Assembly (NCBI GenBank): GCA_039208735.1
Contig: JBCCQY010000018.1
Span: 19,702-83,701, forward strand
Reading direction: 5' to 3'
DNA: 64,000 nucleotides
Origin: Myxococcota bacterium
GTDB taxonomy: Bacteria > Myxococcota_A > UBA796 > GCA-2862545
The notes beneath the pieces were generated by a model. It ran no database searches and had not been told where the DNA came from. It saw only the letters and a program-made list of their open reading frames with translations. Shown one piece after another: positions 30,621 to 39,195 of this stretch (the first letter of the stretch is position 1; the number at the start of each line of letters is the position of its first letter). The translations under genes were made by a program, and so were the position numbers.

Positions 30621-30623
30621 TAG
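30279..30623 (+). CDS. Hypothetical 114-aa passenger protein inside the IS
   Basis: AGGGAG RBS, starts 10 nt after the transposase stop; its TAG stop coincides with the IS right junction. Confidence 0.7.
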   Translation: MANEARYFGEKVLRLLHEESELARRWLRARPRGKTCTLGLEEDDEWTPLLRFANGSGAFNVMDLQVRDKKSWAYTGVRGIPDVVAKELLESLRFTWEFPAQAAETWKRTSDQPH

Positions 30624-30733
30624 GCTCCGCATGCGCCGCCTGGCACGAGGTATCGATGAGCGAAACGTCAGGAACAAGCATCGTGACGGCCCGTGGGCGC
30701 TCGCTCACCGTGACCTCGGGGTTGCTCCTCGCC

Positions 30734-30803
30734 CTGATCAGACTCGCGCAAGCTTTGCTTGCTGCTGTTCTGATTTCGCGCAAGCTCCGCTTGCCGCTGA
30801 TCA
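30734..30803. repeat. REP-like doublet
   Basis: 30752-30778 is the exact reverse complement of 8605-8631; bounded by TGATCA palindromes. Confidence 0.7.
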
Positions 30804-30897
30804 CGATGAGGGCCGTGGGCTTCCCCGATGCCACGGAGATGCTGTTCTGCTGCGGGCCGTTTGTCATGTCGAAGTGGCTGTGGGGGGGGCCCGGGCG

Positions 30898-31434
30898 ATG
30901 GCACACGATTTCGCAAGGTTGACAACGATCGCGCGCAAACTCGAGTACCTGTCGCGAACCGACCTCATTGGGCGCACGGTTTACGTGACAGGTTCTGCTC
31001 ACCGTTGGTCCTCGGTTCGGGAACAGCTGCCCGTCGGTGAGGTTGCATCCTCCATCGACCCTTCCATCAACCCACTGGCGTTGGCCAAGTATGGCATCTT
31101 GGAGTTTCAGTGGCCTGTGACCGCCGAAGCTGCGGACCATGAGACAGCGGTACGCGTCCCCTGGCGTACCCTGCTCGGACGCGGAGACGGCAGTGAGGAG
31201 TTTGAACCCGAAGTGGCGCTGTGGCTAGATGATGTCGTCACCGAGGTGACATCGGGTCAGCTTTGGTTCAAACTCATCCTCGATGCCCTTGCCGATGGCC
31301 GAGACTCAAAGACACGTCTCAAGCACACATCCACCCAATTGCCCGGCAGTTACTGGCCAAGGTCGTTCAAAGTACGGGATGCCTGCATCACCAATGCGCC
31401 GACCTTGTGGCTTTTCAAGCACTTCTACCTTTAG
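30898..31434 (+). CDS. Hypothetical protein
   Basis: Protein-like 3' part of ORF 30238-31434; no motif recognised; start uncertain. Confidence 0.4.
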   Translation: MAHDFARLTTIARKLEYLSRTDLIGRTVYVTGSAHRWSSVREQLPVGEVASSIDPSINPLALAKYGILEFQWPVTAEAADHETAVRVPWRTLLGRGDGSEEFEPEVALWLDDVVTEVTSGQLWFKLILDALADGRDSKTRLKHTSTQLPGSYWPRSFKVRDACITNAPTLWLFKHFYL

Positions 31435-31645
31435 CTGCGGTGCGCTCGACGCTCGAGATGACGCCCGCTGGATTGGACCTTTCGGTACTCCACCGGCGCG
31501 ATGGGCAAACGACTACTTCGCGGGACGCTTGGCAAGCGAACAGCATTCCACGTAGACGCCAACCACAACACACGCTCTAAGCTGCGATCAGCACTACTGA
31601 ATGAACGAGCATCTTCAGCAGCATGAGATGTCGCCATCGGGGTTG

Positions 31646-32338
31646 TCACGAGAATACGAGAACCGACGCCACGGCTTCAAGACCCGCACGCTGCAAGTTT
31701 CGTTCGCTAATGCTGTCTGGCTCAGTGCGTGCGCCAAGGGTGGTCAGACCAAGGTTCTGAGCCACCTTTCGTCTGGCCGAAATCAGGGCCCTTTGGACCC
31801 CTCGGCCTCGAAACTCGGGCCGGGTCGCAGCCGACGCCAGGTAGCCAAGCCCTCCATGCGCAAACAGAATTGCGGTACCGACGGCTTCTGGACCCATGCG
31901 CGCGAGGAACAAATGCCAGCCTTCGAGGTCGACCCAATGCCGAAAGGCTTGGGCCGTCCGGACCTCTGGGTTGCCACCCGCTGCGATATCGGTCGCATAG
32001 AACCTGTCAAAGCTACTCGCATGGATTCGTTCAACGACGATGTCGGAGGGCAAGGGCTCCCCCGGAGCGACTTGTCCTCGAAGCAGCGTGCGGCGGCCGC
32101 GAGGTTCCAATCCACGGACCTGAAACCGGCGCTCGAGTGAAGGGGTGAGGTCGCGCTCGAGGACCTCGAAACGGGGGGTGACGTCAATCGCCGCAAAGCG
32201 AGCCAGGGCGCGATCGATTTGCGCATCCTCATCCCTGACCCCAAAGGCCGCATTGAACAACCCAAAGGTGGCTCCTCGCATCAAACACTGCACCATCGCC
32301 CCTTCGCGCTCGATGGTCCCAAACGGTTGAACCCGCAT
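31646..32338 (-). CDS. GNAT acetyltransferase
   Basis: LASAATRPEFRGRGVQRALI, S.RNLQRAG. Confidence 0.85.
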   Translation of the reverse strand: MRVQPFGTIEREGAMVQCLMRGATFGLFNAAFGVRDEDAQIDRALARFAAIDVTPRFEVLERDLTPSLERRFQVRGLEPRGRRTLLRGQVAPGEPLPSDIVVERIHASSFDRFYATDIAAGGNPEVRTAQAFRHWVDLEGWHLFLARMGPEAVGTAILFAHGGLGYLASAATRPEFRGRGVQRALISARRKVAQNLGLTTLGARTEPDSISERNLQRAGLEAVASVLVFS

Positions 32339-32459
32339 GGTGGTGAAGGCAACGCAAGCGTCGTTGACGTCGATGAGAACCTCCTGTCAGTGCAGGCCGC
32401 GGCCACCAAGTGACAGCCACCTCGCCACTCGGTGTCAGACGAATGACCTTGAGGTGCCC

Positions 32460-33788
32460 ATGCTCCGCATCCTAACTCTCGTGTTGGCGACGGGTTGTGT
32501 CACGGCATTCGTTCCCCTCTCCGATGACGTTTCGAACGTGCCGCCAACCCAAGCGATCGAACTCGGGATGGATCAGCTCGCCCACGCGTACGCCTTCACT
32601 GCACACAAAGCCATCGATTGGCCAAGCCTGCGCAAGCTGCGGCGGTCTGAGATGGAGGCTGCCCAGTCCAACGTTGAGATCGATCAGGTGTTTCGAAGGC
32701 TCGTCACGGACCTGCCGGATGGTCACGTCGAACTGTGGAACGATGACCCCGCGCGAGATGCCTGTCCCGAGGTAGCGGCCACGTTTGGGTTCGTCGCGAG
32801 AGACCTCGACGATGGAACGGTGATGGTGGTGAGCCTCGATCCCGACGGGCCGGGCTTCGATGCGGGCATCGAGATCGGCGACCGGATCCTTGCCGTTGAC
32901 GAGCGTCCCATCGAAATGGTGGTCCCAGAACAACCCTTGCATTGCGTTCCGATCGGGCTCGCCACCTTGGAGCGTCGCCGGGCGGCCCGGGTACGGCTCC
33001 TCAGCCACGCTCTGCTTGACACAACACGTAGCTTCGAACTCGCTCGAAATGGAAAAGCCCGGGTGGTTCAGGTCGTGGCCGAACCCGAGACCCGAGCGCT
33101 GCGAGACATCGTCGATATGCCCATTCCGGAGGCCCGGGTGACCGCCCGGATTGAACGCGACGACGTGGGCCACATCGCGATTGGTTGGGAAGCAACTGCC
33201 CAAAGTGATCGTGAGGTTCGCCAAGCCCTGAAACGACTGTGGCGCGAGGGAGCGAGATACCTCGTCGTTGACCTCCGCGACAATCAAGGTGGCACCGACC
33301 AAACCGCGGCCAATATTGTGGGTATGTTTACCGACCAAACCCTGTTCTACGACGCCATCAGCATGTACGACCGCCGCATCGAAGGCCAACGCATCGTGTC
33401 GACCGTGTTCGTCGAACCCCAGGAGGTGCGGTGGGACGCGCCTGTGGTGGTGCTAGTCAATGGCAACACGGTGTCGTCGGGCGATGGGATGGCCCGAATG
33501 TTCAAGCAGCTCGGCATTCCCATTGTAGGTTTTGAAGCCACCGCAGCGAGCTTTGGCTCCGGCGGATCGACCATTCGATTTCCCGGCGGGTGGACGCTGC
33601 TCTACCCCGCCGGTCGGGGGCTCGACGAAGACGGTTCGATCCTCATTGACAGTGACGCCACTTTGCAAGGCGGCATCACGCCCACTCACCGCATTCCGTG
33701 GACGGCAGACCACCAAATCGGTCGGGCCCAAGACCGTCATGGCTTCGCCCTTGCGTACGCCATCGACCACGTGTTGGAGGAACGATGA
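32460..33788 (+). CDS. S41-family peptidase with PDZ domain, lipoprotein
   Basis: LATGC lipobox, LPDGH, AGIEIGDRILAVD, VVDLRDNQGG, VVLVNGNTVSSGD. Confidence 0.88.
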   Translation: MLRILTLVLATGCVTAFVPLSDDVSNVPPTQAIELGMDQLAHAYAFTAHKAIDWPSLRKLRRSEMEAAQSNVEIDQVFRRLVTDLPDGHVELWNDDPARDACPEVAATFGFVARDLDDGTVMVVSLDPDGPGFDAGIEIGDRILAVDERPIEMVVPEQPLHCVPIGLATLERRRAARVRLLSHALLDTTRSFELARNGKARVVQVVAEPETRALRDIVDMPIPEARVTARIERDDVGHIAIGWEATAQSDREVRQALKRLWREGARYLVVDLRDNQGGTDQTAANIVGMFTDQTLFYDAISMYDRRIEGQRIVSTVFVEPQEVRWDAPVVVLVNGNTVSSGDGMARMFKQLGIPIVGFEATAASFGSGGSTIRFPGGWTLLYPAGRGLDEDGSILIDSDATLQGGITPTHRIPWTADHQIGRAQDRHGFALAYAIDHVLEER

Positions 33789-34459
33789 TCGCACTTACGA
33801 CTCTCGCACTCGCCGCTCCTTCTTCTTCGGGACTCCGTGACACCGCCGGAACCCTCGAGGCAGGCGAAGTGGTCGTCCGTCTGCCCACTGGCCGATCTGC
33901 GGTGGGGCTCACGTCGACCACCGAAGCGTGGGTGACCCCTTTCGACGTCGGTCTTGGCGGCACCCGCATCGGACTGGAACAGACCCTGGTGGAACGCCGT
34001 GCAGTAGGCTGGTCGGTCACACCCTCAATTGGCCAAAAGTGGTCGTTGGGGCGTACGTCGCTCCGACTGAGTTCCACGCTCTCGCTCACGCAGCCATCCT
34101 CACGAATCAACCTGACCGTGGCACCCGAACTTGGGATTCTTCGCGAGACCATCCTGGACCAAACTTCCTCGCAACGCCTCGAGCTGTCGCGATTTCATCT
34201 GCCCGTCGAGGTCGCCTACGATCACCTGTGGGACCGAGCCCTGGTTCGAGGCGCGGTCCGAGTGTGGACCCTCGACGAAGGCGAACCCCTCACCTACGGC
34301 ACCGCCACCGCAAGCTGGATTCATCAATGGGGCAGGCTGTTCACCGAGGTCGGAGCGGGTTTGCTCATCGGACGCCCCTCCGAACACCACTTCTTAGGTC
34401 GCTACCAGACTACCCTCGTACTGGGGTTTCCACGCGTGGACATGTGGCTTCAATTCTGA
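33785..34459 (+). CDS. Hypothetical exported beta-strand-rich protein
   Basis: ATGA overlap with the peptidase; signal peptide; ends in MWLQF like outer-membrane beta-barrels. Confidence 0.6.
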   Translation: MIALTTLALAAPSSSGLRDTAGTLEAGEVVVRLPTGRSAVGLTSTTEAWVTPFDVGLGGTRIGLEQTLVERRAVGWSVTPSIGQKWSLGRTSLRLSSTLSLTQPSSRINLTVAPELGILRETILDQTSSQRLELSRFHLPVEVAYDHLWDRALVRGAVRVWTLDEGEPLTYGTATASWIHQWGRLFTEVGAGLLIGRPSEHHFLGRYQTTLVLGFPRVDMWLQF

Positions 34460-34505
34460 CGACGATAATGGAGGCCAACCCAACTTCGCCGATTCGATAG
34501 CGGGA

Positions 34506-35576
34506 GTGAAGATGTCGCCCGAGGAAAAGGGCAAGCGGCTGAAGCAGTATGTGCGGTCTGAGCAGTTGGTGGACGACCTCGACTCCAGCGAGGCCGACCT
34601 CGCAGGGGCCTACCTCATCAAAGCCAACCTCTTCGGAGCCTGGTTGACCGAAGCCAATCTGCAGGGGGCTCAACTCGATTGGTCCAACCTCAATGGGGCC
34701 GACCTGACCAGAGCCAACCTCCAAGGAGCCAACCTCACCGGCGCCGACCTTCGCGATGCCTGCCTCAAAGAGGCCAACCTGCGGAAAGCCAATCTCCAAG
34801 CGGCTCAACTCGATGGGGCAAACCTCGAGGAGGCCGACCTCACAGGCGCCCAACTCCGTTCGGCAAGCCTGATAAACCTCCAGGTCATCCCACCGTCCAT
34901 CGTCGATGCCGAAGACCTCACGGGTGCGTCGCCAAACTGGCAGACGGTCGCGCGCATGTTGACCCTGCGAGACCCTGACCACCTGCTGTGCCGCACGGGC
35001 ATGCCGAGTGTCGCCGCGACCTACCTCGTCGACGCTCTGCGTTCGATCGATGCGGCTGACCTGTTCACGATGCTGCAATCGGTATTCTTGTCGTTTGGAA
35101 CGCCCGATCAGGCGTTTGCGGAACGGCTCCGCGCCGACCTGACGGAAAACGGGGTGAAAACATGGTTCTACCCGGAAGACGCTGAGCCCGGCCGGCGTCA
35201 TCATCGGCACATCCACAACAAGATCTGGGAGTACGACCGGTTGGTGCTCTGCTGCTCTCGGGATTCAATCCTGCGATCCGGGGTCCTCCACGAGGTGGAG
35301 GAAGTCTTGCAGCGAGAACAACAAGAAGGCAGCTCGAACCGACTTATCCCCATCTTCTTCGATGAGGACCTCTTCGAAACCGGGGCGTCGCCCCCTGAAT
35401 GGTGGCATCCAGAGCGGCGTCACATCTACCGCCAACTCCAAGGCCGAGTGTGTGCTCGGTTCACGACCGAACCCAACTCCCCCCAGTGGAACCAGGCCCT
35501 AAGGAAGCTTCTGAAGGTGCTTCACAAGCCGCCCCACGTCGAGGGTTCAACAGGGTCCGAATCGGACTTAGTCTAG
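34506..35576 (+). CDS. Pentapeptide-repeat protein with C-terminal TIR domain
   Basis: About 18 A(D/N)Lxx repeats; VFLSF..PDQAFAERLRADL..NGVKTWF, LCCSRDS, VLHEVE, LIPI. Confidence 0.88.
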   Translation: MKMSPEEKGKRLKQYVRSEQLVDDLDSSEADLAGAYLIKANLFGAWLTEANLQGAQLDWSNLNGADLTRANLQGANLTGADLRDACLKEANLRKANLQAAQLDGANLEEADLTGAQLRSASLINLQVIPPSIVDAEDLTGASPNWQTVARMLTLRDPDHLLCRTGMPSVAATYLVDALRSIDAADLFTMLQSVFLSFGTPDQAFAERLRADLTENGVKTWFYPEDAEPGRRHHRHIHNKIWEYDRLVLCCSRDSILRSGVLHEVEEVLQREQQEGSSNRLIPIFFDEDLFETGASPPEWWHPERRHIYRQLQGRVCARFTTEPNSPQWNQALRKLLKVLHKPPHVEGSTGSESDLV

Positions 35577-35656
35577 GTCGGATTTGGCCATGTTCTGGCC
35601 TAATCGCGCGCCCTATGGACTCTCTAGTTCCACCCCGACGGTGGGAAGGAGGGAAG

Positions 35657-36745
35657 ATGGTCCGCTATGCATGGGCAGCGCTGGCGTTGATGGCGTGCAC
35701 CGACGACGTGCCGACCGAGGAAACAGGTGCGCCGGTCGACACCGAAGCGCCCCAGGACACCTCACCACCCCCCAACGATGATCCAGGACTTGCCGAGTGG
35801 CCCCAGGCCTACCAGGATTTCGTCACCTCCTTCGGAGGATCGAACTTCGTCGAAGTCGAAGGAATCAACCTCCACTACGTACAATCGGGCCCCGCAGACG
35901 CGAGCGAAGCGGTGCTGTTGGTGCACGGCATTCCTGTACATGCGTACTTGTGGCGCAATGTTCTGGGCCAACTGGGAGATCGGAGGGTCATCGCCTTTGA
36001 TCTCGTAGGCTACGGCCGTTCGGATCGTCCCGACACCTTTGCCTACACGCCGGCAAGCCAGGTTCCGATCATGGAGGGCCTGGTTGAAGCCCTGAACCTC
36101 GATGAGGTCCACCTCGTCGTGCAAGACCTTGGGGGGTTGGTCGGCCTTCGCTGGGCCGCGGATCACCCTGACGAGGTGCAGAGCATCACGATGTTCGAAA
36201 CCCTATGGAGCACCATTCCAGACGGCATCGACGCGGTACCCGCGCCGTTTGGCGGGGTCGGGGGGCTACTGGATCAAATGCGAGACCCGGTGACCGGTCC
36301 TGTGTTGGTCGGCGAAAAGAACATCTTTCTTGCAACGTTGCCCTCGTTCACCGTGAATGGGCTGTCCAAGGAGGTCCAAGAGGTCTACCAGCACCCGTGG
36401 CCACTGGCCGAGGAACGGGCCCGGGTGTTGCGGACGTCAGGCCCCATCCAGTTCCCATTCCCCGCAGATCCCGCAGCCGAGGCGTTCGTGCGCGTGGCCC
36501 AAGACTACCTCGAGGCGTCCCCTACCCCCAAGCTCGTGATCGACGTGACACCGGGTGCGCTAAGTGCCGTCATGGTGCCGGAAGATGGCGGGGACGGGAA
36601 ACGGGTGAGACAGCCCGAATACGCGGCGGCCGCCTTCCCGAATGTGACCTCGGCAACGCTGACCCCGGGTGGCCATTTTGTACAAGAGGACTTGCCCAAT
36701 TCGCTTAGCGAAACCATCTCGTCGTTCCTAAACGGTCTCGACTGA
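35657..36745 (+). CDS. Haloalkane-dehalogenase-like alpha/beta hydrolase, lipoprotein
   Basis: LMAC lipobox, VHGIP..YLWRN, DLVGYGRSD, VQDLGG, GHFVQED. Confidence 0.85.
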   Translation: MVRYAWAALALMACTDDVPTEETGAPVDTEAPQDTSPPPNDDPGLAEWPQAYQDFVTSFGGSNFVEVEGINLHYVQSGPADASEAVLLVHGIPVHAYLWRNVLGQLGDRRVIAFDLVGYGRSDRPDTFAYTPASQVPIMEGLVEALNLDEVHLVVQDLGGLVGLRWAADHPDEVQSITMFETLWSTIPDGIDAVPAPFGGVGGLLDQMRDPVTGPVLVGEKNIFLATLPSFTVNGLSKEVQEVYQHPWPLAEERARVLRTSGPIQFPFPADPAAEAFVRVAQDYLEASPTPKLVIDVTPGALSAVMVPEDGGDGKRVRQPEYAAAAFPNVTSATLTPGGHFVQEDLPNSLSETISSFLNGLD

Positions 36746-36772
36746 GCACCGCTACGCGATAAGCAAGCCTCG

Positions 36773-37585
36773 ATGTACCTGTTCATCCTGCTTGCGTGCA
36801 CGAGTCGGGCTCCAAAAGCCGACGCACCGACCCCGCCACCCCCGAAGACGTCGTTCGAGGCTCTGCGACCGGGCCTCGAAATGGCGACGTTCATCGGAGA
36901 TCCGCCCAGTCCCGTTGGCGATTCTCGCATCGTCGTCGTGCGCATCGATCCGAGCGTCCTCGACATTGTGCTCCTGGCTGCGTCGAGCCTCGGAACGTCT
37001 GCAAAGGCGCCCAAAGCGTGGGTCGAACAGCATGGGCTACTGGCCGCGACAAACGCCGCGCTTTACGAGCCGGATTACCTCACCGCGACCTTTCACATGC
37101 GCCAGGGCGATCACATCAACCAGGCCAAACTGAACCCCGACGCAAACCACTTCCTGCTCCTCGACCCTATCGACGGCACCCTGCCAGCGGTGCAGATTGT
37201 GGATCGCACCTGCGAAACCGTTCCGTTCGAGGCCTATCGAACCGTAGTGCAGGGGTATCGCATCACCGATTGCGAAGGAAATCCCGCCTTCAAGGACCGA
37301 GAGCGTATATGGAGCCATGCCTCGATCGGCATCGACAAATCGGGTCGGATGTTGTGGCTCTTCTCGCGGTCCCCTTGGTCAACCCATGACTTTGCCGAAG
37401 TGCTCACGCGCCTGCCCCTCGATCTTCATCGCGTACAGTACGCTGAAGGGGGTCCTCCCGCCGCATTGGTGCTGCAAAAGGGCAAGGAACAGTGGCTCGG
37501 AAGCTACGAGTCGGGGGCCTTCCAAAACAACGAAAACCAGACCCCGTTTGAACTCCCATTCGTTCTGGGTGTGAGACCCCGTTGA
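36773..37585 (+). CDS. Phosphodiester glycosidase (NAGPA/DUF2233)-like lipoprotein
   Basis: VVRIDP, AATNA, SIGIDKSG, YAEGG. Confidence 0.65.
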   Translation: MYLFILLACTSRAPKADAPTPPPPKTSFEALRPGLEMATFIGDPPSPVGDSRIVVVRIDPSVLDIVLLAASSLGTSAKAPKAWVEQHGLLAATNAALYEPDYLTATFHMRQGDHINQAKLNPDANHFLLLDPIDGTLPAVQIVDRTCETVPFEAYRTVVQGYRITDCEGNPAFKDRERIWSHASIGIDKSGRMLWLFSRSPWSTHDFAEVLTRLPLDLHRVQYAEGGPPAALVLQKGKEQWLGSYESGAFQNNENQTPFELPFVLGVRPR

Positions 37586-37629
37586 CCAAGATCGCAGGTT
37601 AACTCCGTCGACGCAAAACGGATGCGGCG

Positions 37630-38433
37630 ATGGACCTCGAGCACTTTCTGGCGACGGCCTTCACGATTGAGGAGCTTAAGGCCCTGTGTTTACGCGACAA
37701 TGCGCTGACGGCGTTGGTCGTCGATGTGAATTGGAAAGACGCTCCAGCGGCGGTGGCACGTGGGGTTATCAGTGCCTCAGAACGGCATTTTGGAGCTGAC
37801 CAGAGCCGGCTTCGTGACGCACTGTTGCGCGAGCGGCCGGCCCGGCGACGCGAGATTCTTCAGATTTTCGGTGAACCTGACGAGCCCGAGGCCCCACCCA
37901 AGCCCCTCCCTCGCCCGAACCCCGTCCTTCCGGAGCCCGCGCGCACCTCCAGCGTCCTCCAACCGCTCATGGTCGCATTGCTCGTTACGGTCGTGGTTCT
38001 CGCCCTCTTGGGGGGCATCTCCTCGTGGTTTCTGATCGAGGAGCCAACCTCCGTGGAGGTCAAAGCCCCGCACGCAATCACCACCGCCTCGATCTTCGTG
38101 TACGACGAAGCCGACTTTCCTCGGGCCCGACGCATCGAGGCGCTGCTAAACGCCAAGGGCCTTACCGTCCGGCCCCCCGAGAAGTCACGCTGGGAAGGCC
38201 TCCCCGCCAGCCGAGATCAACTCTACGTGTTCCACGAACGCGACCGTCGTCCCTCTGAAGACGTCCGGGAATGGATTGTAGAACGGTCGTTGGGCGAGTT
38301 TCGTGTCGTAGACCGTTCGGATCGAAAGCTGAACGTGCCGGAAGGGAAGGTCGAAGTTTGGCTTGGCCATCCATACGACCCTGCCGATGCCATCGTTCCC
38401 GAGATTCGAGACGGCGACGGCTCCATCGATTGA
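37630..38433 (+). CDS. Bitopic protein: effector-associated-domain-like N-terminus, TM helix, LytR_C-like C-terminus
   Basis: Helical N-domain AFTIEELKAL...LLRERPARRREI; Pro linker; one TM; C-domain ending VEVWLG. Confidence 0.55.
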   Translation: MDLEHFLATAFTIEELKALCLRDNALTALVVDVNWKDAPAAVARGVISASERHFGADQSRLRDALLRERPARRREILQIFGEPDEPEAPPKPLPRPNPVLPEPARTSSVLQPLMVALLVTVVVLALLGGISSWFLIEEPTSVEVKAPHAITTASIFVYDEADFPRARRIEALLNAKGLTVRPPEKSRWEGLPASRDQLYVFHERDRRPSEDVREWIVERSLGEFRVVDRSDRKLNVPEGKVEVWLGHPYDPADAIVPEIRDGDGSID

Positions 38434-38511
38434 AGCGCCGTTGCCCAAACGCGAATGGACTACCGCGTCCAGGGCAACAAACCAGCGCCTAGATAGAGAT
38501 CGGAGGTCATC

Positions 38512-38913
38512 ATGAGTGGAACGGGCACCCCCGAAGATCCTTGGACGCTCACCACCCCCGCTGGAGGGACGTCGTTCGAAATCTGGCGAGACGCCGAGAA
38601 AGGCGTCCTGCACTGTCAGGTCGGTGGCACGTGGCTTCACTACGACCCCCGCGCACTCGACGATGCCTTGGGCATGCTTCGGGCGCACGGGGACTGGATG
38701 GAGTTGGGAAACAAGGACGAGAAGCAAGAAACCAAGCCAGGCACGGTCGAGCACTGGGCGCGTGCGAGCGACAACCCAATCGGGGGCTGGTACGGACTGC
38801 GAAAGGGGTACCGAGGCCGTTTCGCGAATTACATCATGCCGATCCTCGCCGCGCAGGGCCTCGTCGAGTTCGAAAAGAAGGGCCGTAGCTGGTGGGTGCG
38901 CGCTACGGGTTGA
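38512..38913 (+). CDS. Conserved hypothetical protein (DUF6855-like)
   Basis: GTPEDPW.L.TP, CQVG, NPIGGWYGLRKGYRGRF; GGAGG RBS. Confidence 0.75.
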   Translation: MSGTGTPEDPWTLTTPAGGTSFEIWRDAEKGVLHCQVGGTWLHYDPRALDDALGMLRAHGDWMELGNKDEKQETKPGTVEHWARASDNPIGGWYGLRKGYRGRFANYIMPILAAQGLVEFEKKGRSWWVRATG

Positions 38914-39195
38914 CCATGAATACGCTGCACTGCAAGGCGTGTGGACAGCCAGTGAGCCAACCCGTCACGAAGGGCACCAAAGGCTTGCTGCGCACCCCCA
39001 TGTGGAAGGGTCGGGCTGAGGTTTCGTCCGCAAACCCACCCAATTGGCCGTGCCACACTGAACCGGGCTTCGTCGTCGCTCACGATGGGCGTAGCTTAAG
39101 CACGGATCCATTAGACCGAAGAATGGCAAACGGTTCCCTCACGCGGGCGCACGAATGACGAAGCGATCGGTGGTTCCTCGCTGAGCAGCGTGGAC

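Noticed and set aside
30882..30889. G8 homopolymer as a phase-variation tract
   Set aside because: Short, and the downstream ORF is itself uncertain.
38916..39158. Small ORF starting MNTLHCKACG
   Set aside because: Only one CxxC, no clear RBS or family; may be a remnant.
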